From Chara braunii (Eukaryota; Plantae; Charophyceae): DNA of 64,000 bases. Within the stretch, counting starts at the first letter, position 1, and the number at the start of each line of letters is the position of its first letter. Positions 49,927 to 63,600 of this stretch are shown here, piece by piece. Under the pieces are notes generated by a model. That model was not told the origin of the DNA. It did not search any database and was given only the letters and a program-made list of their open reading frames with translations. Both the position numbers and the translations under genes were made by a program. The stretch covers positions 709,676-773,675 of the forward strand of contig BFEA01000025.1 of NCBI GenBank assembly GCA_003427395.1, read 5' to 3'.

Positions 49927-49938
49927 ATTTTATATATA
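49927..49938 (-). promoter_or_regulatory. TATA-like box ~30 nt upstream of the U2 start
   Basis: Minus strand TATATATAAAA ends ~28 nt before U2 +1, the spacing of plant snRNA promoters; no clear USE, and the context is AT-rich. Confidence 0.35.
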
Positions 49939-49984
49939 ATAAATAACAATAATAATGTATATTTATCCTTTTTATTTTTATTTT

Positions 49985-50817
<833 letters not shown>

Positions 50818-50949
50818 TTTTATTTTTTATGCGTGATTTCTTTTTATTTTTTTTTATTTTTTATTTTTCTTAATCGGAAAACTAAGAACTAACTCAGGAC
50901 GAACATCCACTTACTGCCTATAAACTCAAGGATCCGGAATTGGGCAAAA

Positions 50950-51660
50950 ATAGAAGTTGTAGGATTACCTTCCCATCATCACTGTCCAGTCACTCTGTGA
51001 GGAACCTTTATTGCCTAGACGAATTTCCCACCACGCACCCAATGGATACAACTCTAGTTTGCTCTTCACCGGGTCTCTCTTTTCGTCCAACCGTTGGTTT
51101 TCCCACTGCTCGCTCCCACTAACTACTCTTATAATAACTACAATCGACTAACGCTCCCACCACTGACGACGACACTCACACTGCCCCCGTAGTGCCACTG
51201 TCGATAGAAGAATAGGTTGTAGGGATACCTTCTCGTCATCGCTATCCAAAATACTTGTAAAGAGCCTTTGTTGCCAAGGCGGGTTTCACACCACGCACCC
51301 AATGGATACAAGTTATCATACAACTCTAGTTTGCTCTTCACCGGGTCTCTCATTTCGTCCAACCGTTGGTTTTCCCACTGCTCACTCGTACTAACTACTC
51401 TTGTAATTATAACTACAGTCGACTAACGCTCCCACCACTGACGATGGCACTCACACTGCCCCCGCAGTGCTGCTGTCGGTAGAAGGCTATAGAGGAGTAC
51501 CTTCTTATCATCACTATCCAAAAAACTTGTAAAAAGCCTTTGTTGCCAAGGCGGGTTCCCCACCACGCACCTCGTGGATACAACTCTAGTTTACTCTTCA
51601 CCGGGTCTCTCTTATCGTCCAACCATTGGTATTCCCACTGCTCCTTCGTACTGACTATTA
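50950..51660. repeat. ~265-bp tandem repeat, ~2.7 copies
   Basis: CCACGCACC...GGATACAACTCTAGTTT.CTCTTCACCGGGTCTCTC..TCGTCCAACC.TTGGT.TTCCCACTGCT at ~51031, ~51291 and ~51562. Confidence 0.85.
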
Positions 51661-54600
51661 TCACAAAAAAAATCAACTTATCAAGAGGCAAAAATACCTA
51701 AAACTCTGAATTACTACAAACATTCCGACCCTAAATATGAGTTTCTAATTACGAAACACTAGAGAAAATACATGTGACAGAACAGATAATACTAGCCTAG
51801 AAAGCGTCGAGAAAACAAGGAGGTCACTCTTCACGGAACGAACCAGATTTCAAATACAGAGATGAAGAAAGCGCCTAGAATAACACTTTCCAAAGAAGTG
51901 TGACATCAACTACCTCCAAGTCAGAGGCGTGTGCTAAAACGCACACTATACCGCTTGAATTCAAGGAAAGTATCAAAATAGAGCAACCCATGAATCTAAT
52001 CTATTATGTCTAATAGATGCATAACGTAGTGGAATCTATATGACCATAAAAAAACATGCTCATCTAAGTGAGAAGGTAAGACCGTCAAAGAACATGCTCA
52101 TCTAAGTGAGATGGTAAGTATTATTCTACGTTTTAACCAACAGATACAACCAAATACCATGCGTAGGAATGCAAACCAGTGTGTCTATACAATCAATATC
52201 GTCCACAAACCCTCAAAATTCAATATATTCCATAGATCGCCCGATGGGTTTGACACTTCTGTTCTTGGAACTTATGGCACGCTCCCACTGTTGCTGCACA
52301 CTCTCTCACTGCCCGTTGCAACACCGTCCCAATTGTTCTTCCAGAACTTGCGCTTGTAGCTCTTGGTTCGCAACTCCCATTAGCTCTTCGTTCGCAACTC
52401 CCATCCGATGTTTTGGCCTGAGGATCGGGGCTGCTTTCACAGGCACGAGTAGTTAACATGTCTCACACCTACAAATAATAGGGTTGGAGAAATAAATTTT
52501 CATTAATTTCAAGGGAATGAAACTTAGTCAGATGAAAGGTGAGACGAGGGAGGGGATCGCCTGTGACCCCTATCCTTGATTGCAGAGGCACTTCCCCTCC
52601 AATCAAGGTTAGGTTAGGATACGAGCACCGAGGACATAGCTCAACTATGTTCTCTACCAGTCGAGATACTTGTTTTTCCATACCGCGTGGCCACCAGACT
52701 CAACAAGTGTACTTCGCCGCCAAGCACCGACCGACCGAGGGGCGTTAGGTCTGAGCTACATTCGATCTCGAATTAGTGCAGACTTAGCGCACACTCAGCG
52801 CTACTGGACGCCTACCGGGTCCTCCCCTTTTCTCTTTATTTTCTGAAAAGATCCCCTGTCATTATAGCCCTCCCATCACTACCGTCTTCACCCGAATAGA
52901 ACGCCCAGTCATTATCGTTGTATGTAGACTGGAAACTTCCTAGCCGGTAGTGACTCGGGTGTGGGGAGGGAGGGTAATTCTAAGAAGGATGCAGGATGCG
53001 GGGCCACTCTGTGAGGGACTGTGATGCCCAACCTCACGCCCGGCGTGACTTCCTGATCGGAGTGGGATGGGGCCCTGGAAGTGCGAAAAAATGGTGTGCC
53101 AAGGATTTTTTGGAAAGTGGAGTCCCAGGTCGGAACTGAGATCTCCTGTGGCAAAGTTTTAGAAGCAGGGGTGCAATATGGCTAGGGGCGGGTTACGCGC
53201 GGTGCGCCCGAGGATGTCTTGGCCCGTTAGTTGAGCGGCGGTTCCGGAAAGCCTCACGATGCGGTCCCTGGGGTTCGGATCTTCGGATGCCGCCACATGG
53301 CGCCTGTCGCTGCATGTTCGGGTTAGGCCCTCTGGTTTCAGGGGGTCGTCGGTCACCGCGTCGCCGACAATTCCCACAAGGCGTGCAAGGTAAGTAGGGA
53401 GCTATGAAATTCCACGGAACAACTGTTCGCTGATGATACGGGAGGAGGAGACGGAAGGGAGGGAAATTAGTAGAGATAACGACGAAGCCGGGGGATATGA
53501 AGTAGTGCGTGTTGTCCGAAGTGGGGAAATCAGGACACCTCGCATCGCTGGTTGTGGCACAATGGAACTCCCTAGGGCACAATCGGTTCTCGTTTAGGCA
53601 GGGGAATTCCGGGCGTCTTTGTCTGAAACAATCTTCCACGCAAAGGTTGAAATATTTTGGGTCCCACGACGAATCTGAATCTCCCGAATACGTCATCTTG
53701 TCATCGCGAAGCTACGGAATTCCTTGGCGAGTATTTTTCCAGCTAGAGGAATTTCCGAGCTTCGACGTTTAGAAATAGTTAATTAATGATAACGAATCAT
53801 CGCGTGAGTACGTGTACACCACGCTGATTGAATCTCACTTACACGTGCTTACGCGGAATGATTCGCCTCGTCACGGAATGCAAAGATGGCCATCAAACAC
53901 ACTCAATCATTCTACCGATCATTCAACTCCCCGCTGTTACATACATCAAGGTCTGGCAAGCAACCATCAACTATCTGATTTAGCATGAGCAAAAACGAGA
54001 GGAAAAGCAACAATCACACCATTCATCCTACACAATGCAACATCCATTCATTCCATCAAGATATCCGAATGACGGGGATGATCCCAACAATCAAACATCA
54101 TGCATTACGACAAGAACGCGGAGGGCAAAAGAGGGCCTGACCGGCCGAAACAGAAATTCGCATCCATTGAAGTAAAAAAAATCCGAGATAAAAGTGTCGG
54201 AAACAAAATAAAGGCGAATCGCCTGTTATCGAGCCCAAAACTTATATACAAGATGAAGGAGGAGATAAAGAAATTGCAAATCCGCGTCCATCAACCTCAA
54301 CTCTCTCTCTCTCTCTCTCTCTTCTCTCTGATGCGGACAGTCCGTCGTCGCGCACCAACCCACGAAGTCGTCACCCCGCTTAGTCCTCCCGGACCAGTCA
54401 GGTTCGCCCGCGCCCACAGTCCATCGTGGCCCGCGTCAACCCCGCGCGTTTGGCACCAGCTCGTCGAGTCGCCCGACTCCCACTTCAACTCACCTCTTAC
54501 TTCGCTCGTGAGCCGACCCTCACTCATCGCGCTACCCCGAGCTTCCAACAGCTGGTTAAGAGAGTTATCTAATTGCGCAACAAGAATTTATAGCGTGCAT

Positions 54601-55380
54601 GCATGCGCGAAGAACACGGAATTACCAGGACTTAGAAAGGAGATCAAGAGAGGGAGCGCCTACGTTCTGCATGGCCAGATCGTGGCATGGGGGACGTAAC
54701 CTCTCTCCACGCATCGATCCGAGCATGGAGTCCGAGGGCTGACTAGACTCAGCAAGAGAAAGCGAAGGTGGGAAAGACGAAGTATAAGAAGAAAGATACA
54801 GTTAGAATGGCGCTCGCCTGAAATTACAGTTACACACACGATTAAGGGCGCCGACTAATCAGAGCTCCGTTGCAGCCGCAAAAGGAAGCGCGTAAGCAAA
54901 AAGCGCTGCGCGGCAAAATAAAATCCTAAATTTCAAAATTCCAAAATTCCTATCTAATATAAAAAAGTGAAAAACACTGATACAAAAAAGAAAGTCCGAA
55001 ATTCCGAGAGCCATCGTGGCTCGACAAGATTCGAGAAAGAATTCAGAAAGAAAATTCAAAGGGAGCGCAAATTCCCGCGCGATGTCCGCGCCCAAAAAGT
55101 CCAGAACCAAAACAAAAGAAGCGACGTCAACATTTATTAATCGCGAGCACGACGACGCGCCACTCACACAACCAATCAACCAATCGATCGTCCCGGGACT
55201 CGCCCGGCCCTGAACCCAACCATCCGAACAGAGGCGACGAAAGAGGACGAAGAAGCGTGGACACCGATGCAATTTTCCTTCAATCCCATCTCCCGTAATT
55301 GGCCCATCCTTTCCATTTTAGGACCCCTCATTGCTATCGCGCAGAAAATCGTGCGGGGACAGAAATCGGTTCGTCACATA

Positions 55381-58300
55381 TGTGACGCCCAGGGGGTTCC
55401 AATCTTAAGCAAACTCCCGCTTGCTTGAATCTTGACACATGTTTATTTATCTAATCGATCGACACCCGGAGATTTTTACGTTGCCACTTACCGTGTGAAC
55501 GAGTGTGGAAGTCATTCAGTGTGGCTGACACAACTCTAAGCTACCAATTCCTCAGGAGGGGCCCTTGACAATCTAAGGAGGGGATTACCCGTGCCATCGT
55601 TGTGGCGCGCACACCAATCAACCGATCACTGATCAATGTCCACTGGGGAGGGGAAACGGAAGGCGATACATGGGGGCGTGGCGAGAGGGTGGATTGACGG
55701 GAAGCGGGGCCAGGAATCGGTCCACCTGGGCTACCGATTCCAGAAGCTCCTGATAGCGGACGATTCGATGGAAGCGGGGGAAACGATTGCCACTGTGGGG
55801 GAGAGAAGCGAGATAGTCAGGGTACAAGGTGGTGAAAGTACGGAAAAGCGCCCCGCGGAAATGGTCGAAGTTCTCGCATGTGGGGATAGTCCCTGTAATC
55901 ATGCAGTAAACTTTGACGATGTTGTGGCCTCGCCACGCGACACTAAGGAGAAGGGTATGGAGGCAGAAGTCAGGGAGGGCGCATCGGGTCGACGGGTGGG
56001 GGTGAACGGTTACGACAAGCCGGGTGGCGTAGAAGAATCGGAAGGTGTCGATGGGGAAGGGATTGCAGGGGAAGGTGACGCGGGTGGTGAGTTGGCGGAG
56101 GATGAGGTGATCAAGGGGATGACAGGATAACGACCGGGGATGAAGCCCGATGACCCGCATCAGTACAGGCTCGAACTGATGGACGGTCGAGGGCAGAGGG
56201 GGAGGAGGATCGGCTTCGTCGCCGCCGTGTTGGTGCGGTCGAAGTCTCGGCTGCTGGTTCTCCATCATCTGGCTTAAGCGGCTCGGGATCTCGGGTGGAA
56301 TCGTCAGCGATCGCTAGATCGGGCCCGCTGGGCCGCTTGCGAACTCCAGTTGCCGCTTACCAGCCTCTATCTCCTCTCTTCGGCACGCCGCCTCGGGGTC
56401 TTCCTCCTAAGTGTCCGCCTGTTCCGCCTCCTACGCCGAGATCTCCCACTCGGACTCCTCCATTTCTAGTTCTTCTTCTTCTTTTTTTGCTTCGTCCTCT
56501 TCCTCTGCGCTCGGTTCTCCCTCGCTATGTTCACTGTAACTCCCTTCTTCCGGGGTCTCTTCCTCATCGTCTTCTTCGACAGCTTCTTCCTCTTCGTTTG
56601 TGCCTCCTTCCTCCTCCTCTTCTTCTTCGATCGCTATCTCCTCGTCTTCGGAGGCCAATCGATCTTGGAAGTAGGCGAGATCAACGATGTCCCGTGGGTT
56701 CAGATACCCTCGCTATGATGGCGGGTTATGGCTGCTTCCCTGCTCCTCCAGACACGTTGACCACTGAAGGTACGACGTTAAGGTCCGCACGAGGACGTGC
56801 GGGACCGGGCTCTCATCGCTCTGCGAGACGATCTCGAGGGGAAGATCGTCTGCTAACTGCGCAAGGGGGACCGTGAGCTCCTGCACGATTAGCTGGCGAT
56901 GGCCGATGTGCACCGATCCGAACAAGAATCCAAGGAGATCGCCCTCCACGTCCGTCCTCCAAGCTTGGATGACCAACAACTCCAGGTACGCGAACCGCTC
57001 GCGGTGATTCTCGTCGCGCGTCCACATAAGGCTCACCCCGACCAAGCACACCGAGAGATCGACGAAGTGCTCATGCCACAACCTCCAATGCCCTGGGTTG
57101 AGGAGGGGGGCAGCAAGCGATTCTAAGCACAAAGAGAAGCGAGGGTGGACACCGGACTGCCAAAAGGTGGGGAAAAAAGATGGGAGAACGAAGGTGAAAG
57201 GCTGGAGGTGGTTCATTGAGGACGGGGGAAGGGGACGAGTTCAAGGAGCACCACCGTCGGCTCGTGCTGGAATGCCCGGATCCTGTCGAGGTCGATGTCG
57301 TCTGTGTGGACAAGATTGTCCCCGCGGCGTGTGAGTCAATGGTTCCACTCGGCCGCCAACTGCTGAGCCCACTGTCGTAGCGACGTCCGGATGTCAGTAT
57401 GTCGTAGTGGACTGATTGCGCTGATATCGCCACTGAAACCGACGACGGTGGACACGTGGCTAACCCTCGGGGCTGACCGCCGATGGACAACTACTGCTTC
57501 GGCCAGCACCACTGCCCGCTGACTGCTCGCAAATCGGAATTCGGTTGCCGCGTATACTCCCGTGGTGCAGAAAAATTGCGCAAGCCGTAGGAGGTCCAGA
57601 TTGAAGCGCGGATGATAAACCTGCCGGATTGCTGAGATGTATCCACGTGGCGCCAGGAGATGATCGCCCAGGGCTCGCTCAGTGAGAAAACTCATGGCGA
57701 TGGTGGTGGGACGGAGTATGAGAAGGGGTGCGCGAGGCAGGGAAGGAAGAAGGCAATGAAGAGTCGTTGTCTTCTTCCGTGGCGAGAGAAGAGGAAGAGG
57801 ATACGAGAGATGGGGAAGAGGGGAGAGGGCGGAGATAGGACACGTGGAGGATGATCGGCCGAGCCGATCGGCTTCCCGAAACCTCCGGCACGAGGTGCAC
57901 GGTGTTCACTCCGTTCGGCCCAAGCTCGATCACTTGGAATCGCCTGAAGAATTGTGGCGCTATCTTACCCTGGCGAGCACATTTCCTCACCTGCACCAAG
58001 TCCCCTAATTTGTACTGGGGCCGCTGACCCGCGTTCCCGTTCCGGGCCTCGTAACTGCGGACCTGCTGGTCGTGGGCCAACTGGGTCATTCTCTGGCGTT
58101 TTCGGGCCAATCGGGGCAGGGACCTTTCCATGTTGCTTGGCCTTGTCTCGAACCGTGACCTTTGTGGGTCGTCGGTTCAATGAAGATTCGTACGGGAAGC
58201 TTGGTATTGAAACGCAGACCGCACTATTGGTCCTTAATTGAAAAGGGCTCAGTCCCGTCGATTCGTGGGGCGTCCCTCGATGGACTGCCAGGATGTGATC

Positions 58301-61300
58301 TACGATATCGGGCCGGGGTCTGGGGTCCCTTGCCGTGAAATTGTGTCGTAGCGCAGTCTTGATCACCCTATTTGCATTTTCTACCAAACCATTAGATTGC
58401 GACATATGGGGTGCGGTGTTCCGAATAGCGCCGCCGTGTACGACTAGGTTCCTCAGGACTTCCCCTCTGAATTCTACCCCATTATTGGTCAAGATTTCCT
58501 CCGTGTCCTGGTGCATCCCTAAAAACCGATTGACGTATCGCGCAATTTCGGTCGCCTGTCGCGTACGACAGAGATACGCCTCGATCCATTTCGAAATATG
58601 GTTCACGAACACTAGTAGGATTGAATATTCACTGCTATTAGGTCCAGGGGGTACCACAATATCGGTAGTATCCATGCTAACTCTTTGAAACGACTGTTCT
58701 ACTACCGTCGGAACTATCGACCTTGGTGGCTGAATCGGCGCCTTATCGGCAGCGCAGACCTGACAGTTCGCGACGATGAATTTCACATCGTCGTGAATAT
58801 TGGACCAATACCATTCATTCTTGTCGATGGCCGCTTCCGTGATTCGTACGACAAAATGGGCAGTAGTTTCCTCATGCGCTGTCTTCACCCAGTCATACCT
58901 CATGAACGGGTGCGGTGTCGGCGCGAATACCCTTACAAGGGTATCCGCCCTGGTTTTTGCAAATGACAAAAAAAATGGGTTTGGTTGAAATAAGCCGTGC
59001 GAGGCACGACCGCGTTCGGGACCCGCCCCGGTTAAGTTAGAGGGTATGTGGGCGTGCAATATTAAGGCGCGCGTGTGATTTTTTTAATTGAGTAGGCGGC
59101 CGGTCTGGTCGGCCAACCTGGACCGTGTTACAGATCGATTAGCGAACAAGAGCTCGTTTTTTGGTTGGCACGCGCAACCGACCGTCGGACAGGCGCGGGG
59201 CGGCCACGGCTCGGTCTAAGTAAGCCGGCGCGGGTGCCTGGTGTTGGCCCGCCAATTGTAGGCAGGGACCGCTTATATTGAAGTTCGCTCCCCGCTGTAC
59301 CGGGCTTGGGCGTTAGCCCTATAGGTTACGGTGTCGGATTACGGCCACGGGGGTTCAGGGATCGAGGCAGGCGGGCGTCAGTGCGGCAGCGGCGGAACGG
59401 CGTGGAGAAGACGAAGGGGGTTGAGGGCCCGACGGGGCTATCCCCCTTTTGGTTTTTCCAGCCGGCACAGTAAGGGGGCCTGATCCATGGGGCCAAAGGG
59501 ATGTTAGCAGTCCCCGCACCCTGGGTCGTATTTTTGGTTCCCTTTTTTTGTTTCTGTTTCAGAGGGAGGGGCCAGTGCTGACTAAGGGCGGTACCGTGAT
59601 TTGATTACCCGGAAGTTTGAGGGGCCGCGGGTGGGGTACCACCGGGGCCGCGGTCCTTCGAGATATCTGTCGAAATTGGAGCGATACGGAGGAGGGTCGC
59701 GCGACCCTGGTGTGAAGGGGCACGCAAAGAGTAGGAGGGGACGTAGTCGAGGGACCCGCTAGGTTCAGGTGAACGGGAGATTTGCCCGTCAAAGATTTCG
59801 ATGGTCGGGGCAGTCGGGAGGGGAGTGGCTGCGTTATGTGTTGTTGGGGAGAGGGAGGCTGGGGTACTAACCACAGAAGGGGGTCGTATGTGCCCGAACT
59901 CGGCCTCGGAGGAGGCCAAGTTCGTGTGAAGGTGATAGTGGAGTATTAGAGAGGAGGATGGTAGTTTGGCCGGGAGGCGGGTTGTCGGGCGTTGTGCCGG
60001 AGAGCGGTGGCGGGAGGTTTTTTTCAGAAGTAGTTATCGGTCGGCCGGTGCCTTTTTTTTCGAAGGAAGTTTTTCTGACCAGCGAAAATCGTCGGGCGTA
60101 GCGGAGTGGCCGAGAGGTGCGCTGCGGAGCTGTTGACGACAACACGGATTATGGAGTGTTGGGAGGCTGGGCGAACCCAGACGAAGAGTTGGGGTAGGTG
60201 TGCGTGGGGCGAGGAGGAGTCAGAGATGGCGGAGGGACTAGGCAGGGCGTGGAGGAGGACGTAGAGCTCGCTCGATCTTTAGTAGGATCGAGGGAGGGAA
60301 GGGTCGTTCTTGGGGTTCTGGCCCCGGGCGCATCGAGTGGTAAGCTCGGATTCGAGGAAAAGTCAATAGATAGGGGGTAGTTGAGGAAGGGATTGCGCGG
60401 TGGTAGTGGGGAGAGTCGGACATGGCGGATGTGGGGACCTATAGTCTACGCGATTCCCAACGGAATCCGACGGGGGGGGGTTCGAGACAGGGGTTCTAGA
60501 GGTGGGCAACTTCAACTGTGAAGATGGATCGGGCAGGCAGTGGGTAGGCAGCGAGGACAGAAGGAAGGCTAGTGCGCGAGGCGGCACTACGGTGTGTCCG
60601 AGGGAGCCAGTGAAAACGGGCCAGATCCATCTTCCTGTGTACTAGCGGAAGGTCCGGTTGGTTTAGCTTGCTCAATCGAGCGGGATGACGGAGGAGCGGG
60701 GGTGCGACATCGGGGCACTTACCTCGTATTTGCCCGCGGTGCATGCTCCCATATTCTGGCGGGAAACTCTTTCGTACTAGGTCCACTTAGTGGGTCGAGT
60801 AGAGGGGTACGGGGTGGTAAGTCCTAGCACGTAACGGATCGATGGGCTGCCGATTTCGGCCGACTGATGTAGCATGCGACCGCCCGCGGGACTGGAGATT
60901 TGCCTGGTCGAGGTAGTATACACCCCATCGATTGAAAGGGACGGGAGATCTGCCAAGGGACTAAAGGCCTACCTCCTCAGGAGGAAGGGAAGGAGGCGCA
61001 GTTGGTCCAGACGCCATCACCTTGGCTCGCGGATATGTCTAACCACTACTACGCTGTTGTCGTCACTGATACTTGTGCCAGTCACGTTACCTAGGTGGAA
61101 CAGTTACCGATTGAGGGCCATTGTTGCAGAGCGTTGATGTGCAGGGCGGGTTGCTACTGGTTCGGATTCGGGGCGTCCCCTGCTGTCTCGTACGGCAGAT
61201 CCTTGCCGAGGTGTCCCGAGCACTGCAGTACAACGGCTGGCTGCGGCCTGTTACAGCCTGTGCGGCGGACACTGCAGCCGACACCGGGGGCTGCCGGTCG

Positions 61301-61645
61301 TGGAGCCGGTGTGTACAGGTGAGCAGCCGGCGGGTAGACAGGATGACGTTATACTGTTGGCTGCAGCGGGCGAAGTGCCGCTGCTGCAGAGTGGGGCGCG
61401 GACTGCGTTTGACTGGCTGAGTGAGATCTGTCACTAATTCCTAAGGTGTTGTCACCACTATTGTTGACTGCGGTACACTGATGCATGTCAGATTCGGCTG
61501 GTTGTTGGACATTGCGACCTGCGGTCAGCGAGGTTGGGCGTAGGAGGAAGGGAGGTGGATGTCATGGGCTGAGTGGTCGGCAAGGGTGTTAACCTCGACA
61601 GTTGACGTCAGGAGAGCGACCAAGCTGTTGCAAGTTGGCCGCCAT
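55381..61645 (-). mobile_element. Degenerate Gypsy-integrase-bearing element with extra downstream ORFs; RT/RNase H not seen; boundaries uncertain
   Basis: Integrase ORF; collinear minus-strand ORFs 55633-57695; TGTGACG terminus at 55381; possible PBS-like TGGCGGCC next to TGTGG at 61646, but the two ends do not match as LTRs. Confidence 0.5.
57679..59059 (-). pseudogene. Ty3/Gypsy-type integrase (HHCC plus DDE core, second Asp read as Asn; frameshifted C-terminus)
   Basis: AHEETTAH...WYW...CQVC; RVSMDT; ILTNNGVEF; QSNGLVENAN; TPHESTGLSPFQL; downstream YKLGDLV...ILHVSYLRP. Confidence 0.85.
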
Positions 61646-62175
61646 TGTGGGGCCCTCAGGGGTACCGAGGTATTAAGGTCCTCTCACGCGAGTCTGAGAG
61701 CACCCCTCTTATATCTGAGAGACTAAATGCTTCTTTTTCTACCCTTCTTACTCTAAGTCTAGTCTGCTTGGTTCTGAGAGGAAGGCGGCAGGCAGGATTG
61801 CAACCCGTAATCCGCGCCAAGGCCTTGTGGGAGGTTTACCCCACCGATTGCGGGAGCTCTGCCGGAGTCTAGGCGAGGCTCTGGAGACAGGGAATTGAAA
61901 GGTAACCATTTGCTTTCCCTCTATATACCCTGGTATAACCCCTACTTGTACGTCCTGCTATGTTGACTGAGTATACTGTATGCACCCCTACTTTGATTTT
62001 GGGTTGACTAACAGGACACAACTCAGACTAAATAAAGGAATGTGTGTGCAATCGCAGTTTCAGTTTGTTGCTTGCCTGAACGCAGATTGTGAACACAAAG
62101 GGGTGCATCCGGGGGAAGGGTGGGTGAAAGGTGGTTTTGCCTGAGGCTGACAGGGTCCTATTGGTTCCGACCAGT

Positions 62176-62978
62176 TCCATAAGATTGGACGGCCTGACCG
62201 CTGTGTTTATTGTTGAATTGCATGGAGTTCAGACCAGTTCCATAAGATTGGATGGTCTGATTACTCTGAATTGTGAGGGGTTGACTGTGGCCGACTTTTC
62301 AGGGGCCAAACCTGTACCATAAAATTAGAGGGTTTGGTTGCCATGTTTGATTGGGGTTTGTTCTGTTTCTTTTGTTTTTGATCGAGGAGGCCTGAGCAAG
62401 TCCATAAGATTGGATGGCTCAGCCCCTTCTTGTTTCATTCAGAGGGAGTAATTCTAGCTGAGGGCAAAGCATGTCCATAAGATTGGACGGCTTTGGACTC
62501 ATGCCGCACACAGTTGGATCAGAGCAACGAATCTGGCAGAGGACCAAATATGTTCCATAAGATTGGACGGTCTGGCCCAATGCCTCGCACATGCTGGAAC
62601 CCAAAATGTTAAATTTTGGTTATATTTTATACTATTCTATCTATGAACAGGCTAGCCAGGCACGGGTTCCATAAGATTGGACGGCCAGACTATAGCTTAT
62701 CATGTAATGAAAAGAGTATAACTAAGAGTATAATTGAGGGTAACCCTGGGCAGGCCGGACCTTGTTCTAAGATGAACATCTCAGTCTTATGCCCATCTTT
62801 TGAACACCAAGCTTGGAGAGGTATATATAATTTGAATATTAAACAGTTCAGGGCGGCTGAGCCTTGTTCTAAGATGAACAACTTAGTCATATGCCCAAAG
62901 GGAAGAGAGAAGTAGTTGTGCAACCTGTTCGTGTATACTCAATGGCTGAGTCAGGCAGGTTCCATAAGATTGGATGGC
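62176..62978. repeat. Dispersed array of short hairpin motifs: TCCATAAGATTGGAYGG x7 and TGTTCTAAGATGAACA x2
   Basis: Copies start at 62176, 62239, 62401, 62474, 62554, 62668 and 62961; the variant starts at 62763 and 62865. Confidence 0.9.
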
Positions 62979-63299
62979 TTGACTTTATGCCCTATGTAAG
63001 CTGGGTATGAGGGAATAAAGCATCGAGGGATTACGAACTATTATTTGCAAAGTTTAACTTGGGGTGGCGAGAGTACTTACTTTTGTGGTTTGGCCTGCAT
63101 GAGACTGAGTAAGGCTACTACTTGGTTTGAGTGTCAGGTTGACAGGTAGTTGCTTTAGAGGCTCGCCTCGTGCTAGAGCGATAGGAGTTAGGTCAATTCC
63201 TGCATTTTCTGGGCTAAGTTTTTTCTTAGATCGATTCGTGGATTTTCTGGGATTTTTTTGCTATACTTGGCTTTGTATAAATTTTGGGAAGCTACTTTC

Positions 63300-63600
63300 T
63301 CTACAGGAAGCGCTGCCGAAATTTCTGCAAATCCAAGGAGTTAGTCAAATTTTGACTTTTTAAAGTTCAGTTTGTCTAAAGTTCATATACGACTTAGTAA
63401 AAATATGGAAAGTCTCCTTTTCTAAAGGGAGTGCTGCCCAAATTTTTGCTAAATCAAGGAGTTAGACAAATTTGAACTTTGGAAAGTCAAAGACTATCTA
63501 CGTTTTCATATTTAGGCTGACATGAATTCTGAAAAGACACTTTTCCTACGGGAAGCGCTGCCGAAATTTTTTTGATTTAGAGGAGTTAAATTATATTTTG
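63300..63600. repeat. ~122-bp degenerate tandem repeat x3
   Basis: GG(A/G)AG(C/T)GCTGCC(G/C)AAATTT...GGAGTTA at ~63306, ~63428 and ~63551. Confidence 0.75.

Noticed and set aside
62176-62978. CRISPR array
   Set aside because: Repeats are only ~17 nt, spacing is very irregular (63-293 bp), there are no cas genes and the context is eukaryotic; reported as a hairpin array instead.
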